From a virus (lineage: Duplodnaviria > Caudoviricetes), in the IMG/VR virus record IMGVR_UViG_3300021376_000060, positions 1-59,836 of that record: DNA of 59,836 bases; one strand, given 5' to 3'. The number at the start of each line of letters is the position of its first letter. Position 1 is the first letter of the stretch. Below are positions 38,811 to 53,000 of the stretch, one piece after another. The notes beneath the pieces are model-generated. The model was given only the letters and a program-made list of their open reading frames with translations. It did not search any database and was not told the origin of the DNA. The translations under genes and the position numbers were made by a program.

Positions 38811-41009
38811 TTACGTAACGATATTAAGGGTTCCAACCATACCTGAGTGGTGGGTGCATTGATAAACTAAAGTATTTGGAGCATCAAAAGGAACTGTAAA
38901 TATTTGCGTTCCAGTTTGAGATCCACTCAAGAATGAAGTAGTATAACCAGATCCTCCACTGCTTGTGCGAATCGCAAATGGATGAGATCCACCTGTAGAA
39001 TTTTCAAAAATATAAGTAAATCCTCTATGTAAGTAAAGAGTTGGATTATCGGTGCTATTCAATACTCCAGGGCCAGCGAGTCTATATGCAGAAGATCCAC
39101 TTGCAGTAATATAATATTTGATAGCAAATCCAACATCTGATCCATCACCAGTTGTAGTAGTGGATCTGAAAGATGTCGCAGTAACAATACCAGAAACACT
39201 TAATTGATTTGTAAATAATGTTGGTCCAGTAACTGTAGTGATACCAGCAAAAGTAGAAACACCAGTAACATTCAGATTATTAAGTTCAGTATGTTCAATT
39301 ACATCTAAAGTTTCAAGAGAAGTATTTCCTATTACTGTAAGAGCACTTGTTGGATTTGTGGTTCCAATACCAAGATTTCCAGAACTATTAAATCTTGCAT
39401 ACTCTAGAGTTTCTGTTTTATCTGTAAAAATGATATCTTCAGAACCAATAGTAATATTTGAACCTGTTGCGGTTCCATTAAAATCTGTGACAATTTTTAA
39501 GTCACCATTTGAAGTAAAGATTCTTGCAATCCCTCCAATACCAGAAGTTCCTCCAAAATTATCGTAAATGAATCCTAGATGATCCTCACCACTTCCATCA
39601 ATATTTTGACCTAAAGTAAAAGTAGCAGGACCACTTAAACCAGGAGCAGAAGATGCAATAGAAATAGTAGGAAGAGTAAATGTTTGTGGGAACGGAGAGT
39701 TTAATAAAATTGTATCAGAATTAAGTATAAATGTTCCAACATCAGTTTGGAAAAATCCCCCCGGAGTATTGATTGCAATATTAGGAGCATCAACATTTAA
39801 AAGAGGTGTAGAAATATCTACAATTGATGTACCAATTCCAACTGAGGTAAATGTATTACCGTCATTACAATCAAAATTTACTGTTCCTAAAACATCTAGT
39901 TGTGATATTGGATTTGTGGTTCCGATACCCACCAAACCAGCAGAAGTTGTGGTGATTACAGTTCCACCAGTTCCAACATTGAGTGTGCCCAAGGTTGTTA
40001 CACCAGAAAAGTTTAAATTATTAGAAATTCCTATCGTTATTGCTTTTGATAACGTGGTTCCAATACCAACAGAAGATACTGCTTTAGTAGTTATTGCAAT
40101 TCCAGGACCAGCAACAAATTCAATTGGTTCTTCACCATCTGCCTTTAATGTATCTTGACCATAAACATACCAAGGATTAAAAGTGCTTCCAAGATCAATA
40201 AATGCAACTCCACCAGTTTCATCTTCAACATTAAAACCAGCAGCATTATTAAATCTTAATTCAGTGACATTAGAAACAGATAAATTAGTTGCACCAAATC
40301 TACCTGCAACTTCTTTAACTGTTAGTGAAGATCCTCCACCACTAGATGCTGTTACAGTTACAATACCAGCAGAGATAGCAGATACTGTTAAGTTATCTCC
40401 AAAGTCTATGGTCCCTGCGGTTCCAACAGTTGTTCCACTGTCTTTAACTACAATACCAGATCCAGAACCAACAACACCAATAAGCGCAGAACCATCAAGA
40501 GCAGGCAATACTCCTGTAAGTTGTCCTGCAGGAATACCTGTGAGACCTATACCAGATCCAGAGAATGAAGATGCTGTGACTATACCAGTAAAAGTTCCGT
40601 CACCAGTTACCGTAAGTTTTGATGTTGGATTTGTGGTTCCGATGCCGACATTAGAAAGTGTGTGAATACCAGCAGCAGTGGTTACAAATTGAGATGAAGT
40701 TCCCCCCGAAGCAGTGACAGTAACAACACCAGCAGAAATTGCAGATACTGATAGGTTTGCACCAAAATCAATGGTTCCTGCAGTTCCTACTGTAGATCCA
40801 GAATCTTTAATTACTATTCTAGATGAATTTGCATAAGTAGCAATACCAGCAGTTACTGCATATCCTATTGCATTTGTAATATTAGTTCCATCTCCGATGG
40901 CCGTATAAATTTCACTAAAGTTGGCATTAATTTTAATAGCACCTATTAATAGTGCATCACCATCTCCTGCATCTGGGGAAGAACCAGTATTTATTCCTTG
41001 TCTTGCCAT
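38811..41009 (-). CDS. Baseplate-attached fibre protein with gp9/gp10-like N-terminus and cupredoxin-like C-terminus
   Basis: INTGSSPDAGDGD...KINANFSEIY N-terminus, GIGTTNP repeats, C-terminal HPF...YQCTHHSGM; TAAATA at 41031-41036. Confidence 0.78.
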   Translation of the reverse strand: MARQGINTGSSPDAGDGDALLIGAIKINANFSEIYTAIGDGTNITNAIGYAVTAGIATYANSSRIVIKDSGSTVGTAGTIDFGANLSVSAISAGVVTVTASGGTSSQFVTTAAGIHTLSNVGIGTTNPTSKLTVTGDGTFTGIVTASSFSGSGIGLTGIPAGQLTGVLPALDGSALIGVVGSGSGIVVKDSGTTVGTAGTIDFGDNLTVSAISAGIVTVTASSGGGSSLTVKEVAGRFGATNLSVSNVTELRFNNAAGFNVEDETGGVAFIDLGSTFNPWYVYGQDTLKADGEEPIEFVAGPGIAITTKAVSSVGIGTTLSKAITIGISNNLNFSGVTTLGTLNVGTGGTVITTTSAGLVGIGTTNPISQLDVLGTVNFDCNDGNTFTSVGIGTSIVDISTPLLNVDAPNIAINTPGGFFQTDVGTFILNSDTILLNSPFPQTFTLPTISIASSAPGLSGPATFTLGQNIDGSGEDHLGFIYDNFGGTSGIGGIARIFTSNGDLKIVTDFNGTATGSNITIGSEDIIFTDKTETLEYARFNSSGNLGIGTTNPTSALTVIGNTSLETLDVIEHTELNNLNVTGVSTFAGITTVTGPTLFTNQLSVSGIVTATSFRSTTTTGDGSDVGFAIKYYITASGSSAYRLAGPGVLNSTDNPTLYLHRGFTYIFENSTGGSHPFAIRTSSGGSGYTTSFLSGSQTGTQIFTVPFDAPNTLVYQCTHHSGMVGTLNIVT
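40335..40817 (-). repeat. Internal duplication of about 39 codons in the fibre gene
   Basis: IVIKDSGSTVGTAGTIDFGANLSVSAISAGVVTVTAS (about 40817-40701) and IVVKDSGTTVGTAGTIDFGDNLTVSAISAGIVTVTAS (about 40454-40335). Confidence 0.85.
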
Positions 41010-41036
41010 CGATAGTTATACCTTTATGAATATTTA

Positions 41037-44000
41037 TTAGTTGACATAGTTTTTATACTTAAGTGGGTTGAAACGAATTACACTTGCAGAAGTATTAATT
41101 CCACTAAAACCATAAGATTTAAATTCTTTCGGTTCATTTCTGGAAAGATCATAAATTCTTCCCCAACTAAATTCTCCAATATAGTTGGAAGTAGTAATAG
41201 ATCCTCCAGAATAAGTAGTAATTCCGAGATAATCCCAGGTATAATACGTGGAATCAAAGAATATTGTTGATGATCCCATTCCAATAGTGCTTATTCCAGT
41301 TGTAGGTTCTACTACTGCAAATACTCTCTTGATAACTGTTGTTCCAACTCCAACAACATTTTTGTAATGAGTTTCGATAGTATCTACTTGATAAATTCCA
41401 TCGACATATTGAGTAGAAAGTCCAATAATTGATCCATTAGTTCTATATGTGAAGAAGTTTGTAGATGATGCTCCAACATTTGAATTTTGAACAACAAAGA
41501 AGTCACCAACTTGGATCTGACTTACTGTAATTGCAGTTCCTACAACATCAGTATCTCTCAAGAACGAATCTTGTGGTATATAAAGATCAAATATGTTTTT
41601 ATCGGAACCAGAAATTGTGGATATACCATATCCAACAATAGTGCCAAAATCACCAATATAAGATACTGAATCGATTGTTTCTTTTGTAACTGCTGGTGGT
41701 TCTATTAATACTACTGGTGGATTTGATGTAGTATATCCAGTTCCGGGAGAAGAAACTACAATATTAGATACAGTGCCTGCAGAAGAAACAACAGATAATA
41801 CTGAAGCTCTTTGTGTTGATCCAAGACCAACGGGATTTTCGATTACTATTTCTGGTGGATTAGTTGAAGTGTAACCTATACCACCATTAGAAATAATAAT
41901 TGATGATATTGTTCCTGCGGCAGAAACCACAGCAGTAGCGGATGCGGCAACTAAATCGTTTTGAGAAATGATTGTAATTTTATTTTGTGGAATCTCGGAA
42001 GTTCCATCATGCAAGTACTCATCATAACTATCAAAGAAAGTTTTTACACTCTCTACCCAAATTTGTGTAGATGAGATGCTTACATTTTCAATTAAGTTTG
42101 ATGTAGGAGTAATCAATGGTTCATAAAGAATTCTATCTTTACCAACTTCCTGCCCATTAATAATCTTATCCTCAGTTTGTCTGCACCATACAACAGGTCT
42201 TGCAAAGGTCTCATCTTGACTCAATCCAGGACCTGGATATACATTAGTTTCAACAACATCAGTTGATACAACATCAGTAACTAATCTACTATCTTCCTTG
42301 AATCTTGCAATATCACTATCAATCCTTAAAGTATCACCTTCTTTAACAGTTTCGAGAATATCAACATTAAGAGTATCAACATCACCGGTTCCTCTGTAGA
42401 AGAGAATTTTAGACGTATCTCCTACTTTCGGTGCTTCTTTAAATGTAATGATGCTTCCACCATTGAAGATATATGAAACATCAGGAACTTGTAAAATATC
42501 ATTGATAAAAATCAACAGATTTGCCTTTACTTCAATATTAGACCCTCTTCTAGATCTGATAGTAGTTTGTTCTCCATTAATTTTAATTGGGAAAGTGGTT
42601 TTTTCACCATCAAATAAGGAATCTATTGGATCAATAACCTGAAGATCCCCAATTGTCCATCCAGTAAATTCATCAGTAAAGGTTTGATCTACAGTAATTT
42701 GAAACTCTTGGAGGGAAACCGATGTGTTAGTAGGAATTCCAGTAGTTCCACCAGTAGCAACAGTAAGAACTTGCCCCTGACCATAACCATATCCAGTGTT
42801 TCTAATTTCAAAGGAAATTACACTCGAACCTTGACCAACTACTATATCTGCAACAGCAGCAGTTCCAAGTCCACTTGAGGAAGAACTGTAGATAAGAGGA
42901 ATATTTGAATATGAAAGCGGATCATCAAAAATAACGATAGGTGGATTTGTTGAAGTATATCCAGTTCCTGGATTTGTAATTGCGACTCCAGTAATATGAC
43001 CATTAACAACTGTTGCAATACCAATGTATGTAATGTTTGGAATTCCAGTGCTAGAAGTTGCAATACCAACATTAACAGTTTGAATTCCAGATCTATATCC
43101 AGATCCACTGTTTCCAATACTGATGAGAGAAATTGTTCCTGCTATGGAAACTGTTGCTGTTCCGCCAGCAGAAACCAAAGGTTGATATCCAAGACCAGAA
43201 GTAGATCCAACAGAAACAATCACTCCACCAAGAGGAACATTACTTGTATTAACATCATAAGAGGTGGAAGATATTGTTCCAGTAAATGTTATAGATGTAA
43301 TTCCGGTATTTTCGGAAAGATCATAATCACCTACAATTTGAACAGATCCAACTCTTGCTGGACCTTGGAAAATATCATTAATCAAAATGATCGCATTACT
43401 CGTAGAGAATCCTGAGATATTGGATCTATTTGATTTCAATGTAAATGTATTATTTGTTCCATTAAATCCTGATGATATATCATCAAAGATGTAATTATGA
43501 GAATATGATTCAGAATCTCCATTTACAATTCCGGATCTAATAAATGATCTACCACTAAATGTAGAATGAGTTTCTATTCCAACAAAATCTCTACTATCTG
43601 GAGGGTTAGTAGTCGATCCAATAGGAGTTGGTCCATATGGAGCAGTTACAAAGTTAATTGTGTTTCCTATGATATTAAAATCACCATTAACTTTTGTGAT
43701 TGTGGAATTGATTGCATGAGTTGCAATACCAGTTCCCATCCATGCTCTTTGAACCAAGACGATATTAGTCGATCCAAATCCAACAGAATTGACCCTCATA
43801 ATTTCATCATCAACTTTAACTAAATCACCACCAAAGAAAGATGTAATTCCAGAGAAAGTCAATCTATCATCTACAATAGAAACTTCTTTTGATGCCGTTG
43901 TTGTTACTGAGGTTGCGACTATTGGAGATTGAATAAGATTATCGATTCCGATTAAAACTCTTGCATTTTGATTTGTGGAAACAAATCTATGAGAAGTTCC

Positions 44001-47000
44001 AATACCAACAGTGGTTATATCTAAGATATTTGGTGGATTGCGAAGAGCATCGGATGCGGATGCAGCCACTCTAACTTTAAGATCACTTTCTTTTACAATA
44101 TAAAGAGACGATGGTAACTTATCAGTTGATCCAACTCCACTGATTGTGGTTGTTGCAATACCAATTGCTTGTGTAGTTCCTGCTCCTGCAAAGGAGTATA
44201 TAACTTTTTCACCAGTTATAAAGAAATGTTCTGGTATTGTGATTGTATTATTAGTTACACTTACTATATCAGAATTACTTCCATCAAAATATCTTTCAAA
44301 GATTGGTTTTTGTTTGTGAGTCAGTCCAAATGCTCTCTTGACATCAGTTTCTGATCCAGTATAGAATCCATATCCAGTTCTTATAAACGCATTAGTAAAA
44401 TCTATCGTTCTATTTGCAATAGTTAGATCGACCAGACCTATAGGATTCTGATATACTCTTACTTCTACATCAGTATCTGCATTTGCGGTAAATGTAAGAT
44501 CAACATCACCAGATGGTTTTACGGTTGCTCCAATCGATCCAATAGAAGAATTGGTTTGAATGATACCAAACTCAACAAAATATGCTTCAGTATCATCATC
44601 AACCAAAACAACTTCAGAAACTTGATACTGATTGTTGGTCAAATCTTCAACACTGACAACATAGTAGGAACCTTCATATGTTGAACTATAACTTGCTATT
44701 GTTGTTATTCCTGGTGTTGGTGTTGATGAAATTGCAACATGACTAGATTCAATTCTAGTATCATTAAGTATTTCAGTTCCAATTCCCACAGAAATTGTGC
44801 TTGATATTGATACTCTTACCGAGTTTATGTCAAATTGAACTGGTGTGGATGTGTAAGGAATAAGATCGATATTAATATTAGATCCGGAATAATATGCATG
44901 ATATGTTCCCAACCCTAAAGAAGAATATGAGTCATCATTAACTGTATTTAATTGACCATATTCTTGCAAGATAATATCAGTTCCATTATGTAAAATTGTA
45001 AGTTCATCAAATTCATGATATGATGAATTAGTAGCTCCGATTTGAACTAAAACCTTAGAAGATCTGTAAGTAGATGCAATACCAACAATAGTAGTTGCAG
45101 ATGATGTTCCTGATGGTATACTAGTAGTTGCTGATCCAACAAAAACAGTATCTCCCAAGTCCGTAGAACCTATTGAAACAATAGAATCTCTTATATCAAA
45201 AGAAACAGTACTTACATCATAATCATTAATCGTCGATCTTGTTGGATAGAAAAGAAGATTTCCGTCTAGACCAGTAATACTAAAATCAAATGATCCCATA
45301 TCGTAATAACTATCAACTCCACCATATTGATTAATGTATGCAGTTGATCCATCATGAACTAAAGAAACTAAAGATACTTGTCTTTGGGAAGTAAATCTTC
45401 TATCCTTTATAAAGGTCAGATATTTAACAGACCTAGAATCTAATCTAAATGTATCAACAATACTAAATTGTGTTGATCTTGGATTGCTATTAAATTCATC
45501 ACTAATATCATCAATTAAAAGAACTCTATTTCCAATAGACTCGATATAATCTTGAAGAACACGAGATCCAAATATTATTTCATCGGATCTTACACTTCCA
45601 TCAACTATAAAATTATTTTCTGTAACTAAATCGAAATCGTAAACACAATTAAGATCTATTGAACGAGAAAGATCAGCAATTCCAGAAACATCGCCCAAAT
45701 TCTGTTCTGTATTAATTCCAGATATGGTAGGAGATGACTCTACTACCAAATCACTAAATCTCTTGAATCCTGCGGTGTGATTGAGATTAGCTACGGCATC
45801 ATCCCAAACTTCAACGGAAACTGGAGATTTAATTGCATAAGAGAAATACTGATAATAGTCATTATCATGAACTCTTTGGAATTGATTATCCAAGAATCCT
45901 GTCTCGGTTTGCCATCCCTTTACAACTGTTGAAGCAGACCCCACTATGTAGTTCGCGGTAGATGTAGTTACGTTTCCAATTATTCCACTTGATGTTGAAG
46001 TTCTGCCCGTAATAACATCACCAGAATTGAAAGTATCATTAGTGGAAACTTTTAGAATTTCATTTATATCATTCCAATCAACTACGACACCAAAAGAACC
46101 ATTAGAAGATACAGTTTCTCCTTTATTAAAGATATTCTTTTCGAGTACAATATTGAATATTGGGAACTGTTTTTGAAGAACAATTCTTCCAGAAGAATTT
46201 ACAGAATCAAAAGTTCCTGGTACTTCTCCATTAGAAAGATAGTTTGAGATATTGTATGAAACAGTAGCCCCAACACCTCCAATATTTGGATCAGTATTTA
46301 CTATAGTAAACAGAGTGTAGTTATAGTTTGATGAATTATATCCTTTTCCTGTAGAACCAACACCAACACTAGTGTTCTCAATAAGAACCTTATCTCCAAT
46401 ATTGAATGGGAAATCTGATGCGTTACTAAAACTAGAACCTAAGGTAACGACAACATCATTAGAAGAAGAAATAAATCTAATCGAACTAATTCCAACTCCA
46501 TTAGTGTTATTGACTGGAATAATAGTTGGAGTTACATTATTAATAGATTTGGTATTCTTTAAAATAGTTACCGTCTTAGAATCCAAGTTATATCTAAGAT
46601 CTACATCAGATACGACTTTATTTGTAAGTCCATCCAAAACAATAAGATCTGGTGCAATAGAATATCCTCTACCAGCAGATGCTATTCCGATAGATTTGAA
46701 TGATGCTTGTGGTGTTACCTTTATAACATTAGGAAGTTTTGCCGTAGGTCTTACCGAGTAATCGTTAGAATACCCAAATCCAATATCATCAATAGTTGTC
46801 TTAAGAACTTTTCCAATACTATTAGTAGATACTTCTAAAACTTCTCCTGAACCAAGTTCTGATGAAACATTTTCAATCTCAGGAATAGATTTTAAATTAA
46901 GTCCACCATAATTTGTGGAAATAGATTCAATCTCACCATAGGCATTTGGAGAATTGGTTACATATGTTGTTGAAGAATTTGTCGTATCATATGAAGATTT

Positions 47001-50000
47001 TTCGGGAGTATTTGATAGTATGTAAGTGAAAGATGTTGAAGTAATTCCCGATACTGTATGAGTCCCGTTGTAAACACTCTGTACAACATTAACTGCGCTG
47101 CCATCCACTACTTCATTATCTACTATAATTTCTTCCTTAACAATTGGAATAATACTCAGATTTGTTGGAGTAAGTTTATAGTATAATTTTCTTGGTGTCG
47201 AATCATTTACTCTCAAAGCAACAGTAGCATTTGTATCAATACCAACTCTTCCAGTTCTTACAACTTCTACATTATTCGAATCGGTAAATTCAAATGGGAA
47301 GTTGAAATTGGGATCAGTGTAAAAATCAAAGTCAAATGCGGAATAAAGGATTCCGCTGTTAGTAAATGAAAGTGTGGGACTTGATACGTCGAATAATAAA
47401 GTATTTTTGGTTGTTAGATTAATAGATGGATTTACTGGTGAAATTGATCCATCCGATGCCGATGTTATGTTTATTTCGTTTCTTTCTACTCTGGAGGAAT
47501 AATAGTAACTGTTTGAAAGTTTGATAGTATTCTTATCAACTACGATTACATAATAAATTTCTTCGTTGGAAAGTCCTCCAGATGGTGATGATGAAGTATA
47601 GATTACCTTTTGGCTTGTGTATAATCCATGATTTGGTATCGTTATTGTATTTCTTGCAGTATCAACTGCAGAAGATAAGAAATCTAATTTATTGATAATT
47701 AATCTTCTGTTATAATCATTATAAGAAACTGAAATTTGAGTAGAAATTCCAGAAACAACATTTAAGGTAACAGAATCGCCTAATGCAAGTCCGTGAGTTG
47801 ATGCGGTGGAAACGGTTGCTTGATTCTTTGAAATATTACCAGTTAAAATATTTTCATAATTTGTGGTAAAACTGTGAATTTCTCCACTACCAGCACCAGT
47901 AAAATATAGAAGATCTGAAGCCGTTGATATTCCTGCATAATAACCAGTTGTACCAAGTCCAACTCGATAGGAACTGATACCAATTAAATCAGAAGTCAAT
48001 CTGGTTGCATAAACAACAGAATTATCTGATAATTGATACGATGAAACTCCATCCGTTGAAATGGATATTTGAGTTCCTCCATTTGAAGAGTAAATTAACT
48101 CATCTCCAGATATCAATTGATGATTTGGAAGATAAATTGATCTTGTAGGAATAGAAATCTGAGTAGCACCAACTCCAGGATTTGAGAATGTGAGTGTAGT
48201 TGCAACTCCAGGACCAGAAGTGGTTCCTATTCCCAAAGATTCCGATGGATTGAAATAAAATTCAGTATTTAATTTATAGTCATAGTTATTTTCAATATCC
48301 AAATTGATGAATAATTTTCTAGTAACCTCAGTAATTGCAATACCTACGGAATATGTGCTAATTCCTGATATTTCTCCAATATTTCTAAGAACTCGTACTC
48401 TTGATGACTCCGAATCTACATTTAATATCTTTACTCTTTCATCAAGAACTTGATAAATGTCATTTTCTTTTATAAAGATCTCTGAAAGATTTCCAATTAC
48501 ATTAAAGTAGGTTACTAAACCAGTATATCCAGTAGATCCAATTCCAGTGGATACGATTAAACTGTTTATACTATTTGAAATAGTATCTACCCGAGGATTC
48601 TCAAAATCAGATGTAAATGTTACAGTATCTCTATTATTGAAATAGTGAGGTGTAGTTGAAAATGCAACATATCCATTTGAAGATGGATAAAATTCTAAGT
48701 TCGTTAACTCTGATGAAGCTACACTAACAGAACTTACTGATTTTCCTTTAATTAACGAAACACTAGCTACTGGTTTTTTTGATGAAAGATCTACCTCTTT
48801 AAAAATAATCTTATCGCCAACTTGGTAATTGATTCCTCCAGTCAGAATACCAACCGAATTTATGGTGCCACTTGATACTGACTTTACATGAGAGACTTGC
48901 TCTCTAACTTTGTTTGGATCATATAAGAATCGATAACCACTATTAGAATTTGTAATATTATATGGTGTAGTATTACGAATCCAATTAGTTTCATTAATAT
49001 TAATGTCTTCTTGGTTGGAAGATTTTAAGAAATTGAATGTTTCTGGTTTTGATTTGTAGGTGTTTCCGATAAAGTATGGGAATACTGGTGATTTATAATT
49101 TCTAAAAACTCCTACCGAATCTATCTGGCCAGAACTAATAGTAGTGAAATATGCATAAACACCATTAGGATACTCTGGAGTTATGCAGAATCTTCCATTA
49201 TTTTCATCGAGATCTCCATCACCAATAAACTCATAATCCTCAACAAAAAATCCAGCAGGGTACAGTGTAGTACTTGGTCTGTTTGGTTGAAGATTTAATT
49301 TGTAACCAGAGACCATAGATCTAATAGATCCTCCAGTAATTGATGAATATCCATATGGACCATAAATTGGATTTCCATCATAAGCCCATCCGATAATAGG
49401 AGAGTGTGCACTTGATGTTACTTCCTTACCATTAATTACTTGTAAATCTGGTTGATAAAAAATCTGACCGTTTCTATATCTTGTTCCAAGAACTGAAGAT
49501 CTTAATTTTCTTGGAGAATAAAGATGGAAATACTGAAGACCGAACCCAGAGAAACTATCTCCCAATACACCATCATCATCGATGATTTGATTGGTTTGTA
49601 AAAATCTTTCAAACAAGTTAACATTCCAAGATTTGATACTGCACTCAAATTTTGCCGATAACCCTGCAGCCGTTACTTCAATAATAGTATCAGAATCCAA
49701 ATATCCCAATCCACCAAAAACTATAGTTACGGATGTTATAGTTCCATTTGAAATTATTGGAGTCAATAATGCACCAGATCCACTTCCACTAACAGTTATG
49801 TTTGGTGGTGAGTTGTAATTTGTTCCTGGATCATTAATAATAACATCAACAATAGAACCATTATTAATTACGGGAGTTAGTTGAGCACCACTTCCATTTA
49901 AAAGTAAAAATTCTGGTTGTCTATTGTAATTTAAAATATCATCAGATCCAAAATTATTTCCACCACTTTGGACATGGACAGATTCAATACTTCCTCTAAA

Positions 50001-53000
50001 AACTGGTTGAAGAGTTGCATTAAAATCTTGGCCTGTTAACGTCGAAACACCTATTGCCCCAGATACAGTTACCGTTATTGGTTCATAATTAAAAATATGA
50101 ATACCACTTCCAACACTTATAAGATCTACATAATTTTTGGTGATATAATTTAAGTTGATTGGTTGTGTTGTGGAGGTTCCAACCAAAGATAATTTAAAAC
50201 TATCATCATCAATTTTAGTTACATAGTATGTTGAAGTTGATAATAATCCTACTACAGGGCTTTCGGTAAAATCGTAAGTTAAAACTTCTCCATTCTGATA
50301 TCCATGATTTTGGATATTAATAATGTTAGAAGCAGTGTTGATTCCTGATACTGTAGAGGTTCTCTTTTTGTTTTCGTAATTAGAACCTGGATTTATTACT
50401 GTAATTGATCCAATTTTTCTTTTCTTATTGGAAGATTTAAATCTTTGAATTCCACTTCCATTATTTACAAGAGAAACCGTATTTACTCCAAGAATGCTAT
50501 CAGAGTACGTAGAATGAAGTTTGATGCTGTTAGAGTCGATTACAGATACGAAATACGAAGAATTTGTGGATAATCCACCAACAACAGTTTGTCCCTGAGG
50601 ATCATATACAACCTGTTCATAATCTCTAAACTTATGATCTTCAATAAATGAGATTTCTCCTGTAGTTGCATTTATTGCGCCAGAAGTTGATCTTGCGTTG
50701 AAGGACACATAGTGATCAAAAGATACTAAATTAGACTTTGCTTCTGCTAAAGAACCATTACCACCAGAAATTCTGATTCTTGGTTCTTCTATATAATCAA
50801 ATCCACCATCTATAACGTCTATTCTTTCTAAACTTCCCTTTACATTACAGTAAGCAGTCGCACCAGAACCTACAGCATCCGAAACCTGAAGGACGGGGGG
50901 ATTAATTACATCATAATCAGAACCAGTTGATGTTACTGAGATCTCTTCAATTGGTCCATAAAAAACATTATTTTCAGATTTGTAATTTAGTACTTCGACA
51001 CCATTTACAAGAACACCAATTGCTCCAGGCAAAGTTTGGAATTCTTTTTCATCATCCACCGGATCAGATATTTTTCTAATTAACTTCTGTGGTTCAAGTT
51101 GTTTTGTTTCTAAGGAATCTGAAACAAAAGAAGAAAATTCTAACTTATTATTAGAGACAGTTCCAGATACAGATACAACTTTGTTTGCATAGAGATTTGC
51201 TCTACTTTTTGCTAACTGTATTGTTGAACTATCAACTTTTCTTACAAAATAAAATCCATCATCTATTCCAAGGTTGTTGCCTGCACCATTAGACCTATAA
51301 TAAACACCATCTCCCGTGTAGAATGGATGATTTGTAATCGTTAAATTAGTTCCACTAAAACTTCCAGAAAAAGTTACTGATCTGTCGTTTACTGTTATCT
51401 TTTGATCAAGATAAGTTGGTAATGATGGAGATGCGATATATAAAGATCTCTCCTTATCCGAATAAACATTCTGTACATTTGTTGTGTACTTATTGAGAGT
51501 AGGGTAATTGCTAGAATCAAATCTAGACAAAACTTTACTTACATCATAAACTTGAGATGGACTTAAAGAACCTTGACCTGAAACTGCAATTGACTTTTGA
51601 TTTCTGTAAGAGATCACAACACCAAAAACTTCTGTTCCGGGTCTTCCAAATGAAGGAAGTATAGAAACTCTATCTCCGATTACAAAGGAGTGGTCATCGT
51701 AAAAATTAATGGCATATGAATTATTCGACGAATCGAGTAATTCGACTGATTTTGTTGTATATGTTGTTGATACGTTAAAAAACCAGTTGTTGAATTTATA
51801 ATCTTCTAAACTATCACCAAGTGTTTTTATTTTAATCGGATCACCTGCAGAAAAAGAGCTATTCTGATTCTGAAGTACAATATCAGATAATACACCGGTT
51901 ACTCTAAACGTTACAACTCCTTGAGAATCATCATACCCATAGGCATATACATTTGATTTGATTTCAGTTCCACTTGGAATTTCTTGAGTAATTCCTGTAC
52001 AATTTAAAAACTGGGTAAGAGTTTTATCTGTGTATGTTATCGTAATCTGAGATCCATTTTCCAGATCTACAATTAACTCTCCAGATTGTGGAAATCCAAC
52101 TGTAGAATCTACATCGAGTGAAGTAAAATTAGGAGTAAATCCACCAACACTGGAATCTGTATCTCTAATATCAGTGATCAATAAAGTTTTTGGATGAATC
52201 GAAAATTCGCCAAAAACTGTTCCATCAACATCAATATCTCTATCATATCCAATATCTAAACTAAGAACATAATAATCTTTTTCTGCTCTTTGAATTCTTT
52301 CTACCTGAGTTACAGTTCCTCTTGCTCTGGGTAGAAAAGAATTTTCATCCTGATAAACAGTTCTGTTAACTAATTGATTTATATCTCCATTTATAGATTC
52401 GACAACCAAATCCTTAGTCACTCTATATTGAGCATCAGATGGTTGAATCAAATAATCTTGTGGTCTTATAACTGTAACATCTTTGCCATACAAAGCCCTG
52501 AATAAAATTTCAAAAGAACCTTCAGTTCCTTTTGATGAATAGAAATCTACTGCCTGCTTAATAAAGAGACCATCATTTAAACCAGTAAAAAGTGTTCTGT
52601 CTTCAAACCCTGGAGTTACTTGAGTCTTTAATTTTGTAAAGAATTTTTGAAGGAAAAGAATACTGAGGTTTTTTACAGTCGCCGACGAACTATGTTCCTG
52701 TACGGCAGAATCAGTAAAAACAAGTTCGTCGGGATTTAATGAATTATCTAAAGATGTTGTCCCACTAAAACCCCTAATACATCCAGTAAAAGAGGTTGCA
52801 GTTTTTCCGGTATATGTTATGATCTCTGAATCAATTAAAAGAAGACCGTAAGAATCTGGAAATCCAGCAGTAGAGGCTACGTTAATGATAGTATCAAAAA
52901 AAGATACGTTAGATGTGAGAGTAGTAGAATCGATTAAATTCGATAACGTATCTACTTTTACATACTGATCTAAGTTAGATGCTAAATCATATACTGATCC

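Noticed and set aside
40335-40817. Diversity-generating retroelement TR/VR pair
   Set aside because: Both copies are in-frame within one gene, differences look mostly synonymous rather than adenine-specific, and no reverse transcriptase is present.
314-49818. Numerous plus-strand ORFs (60-180 aa) in the track
   Set aside because: All lie antisense to well-supported minus-strand genes and read as codon-bias shadows with no motifs.
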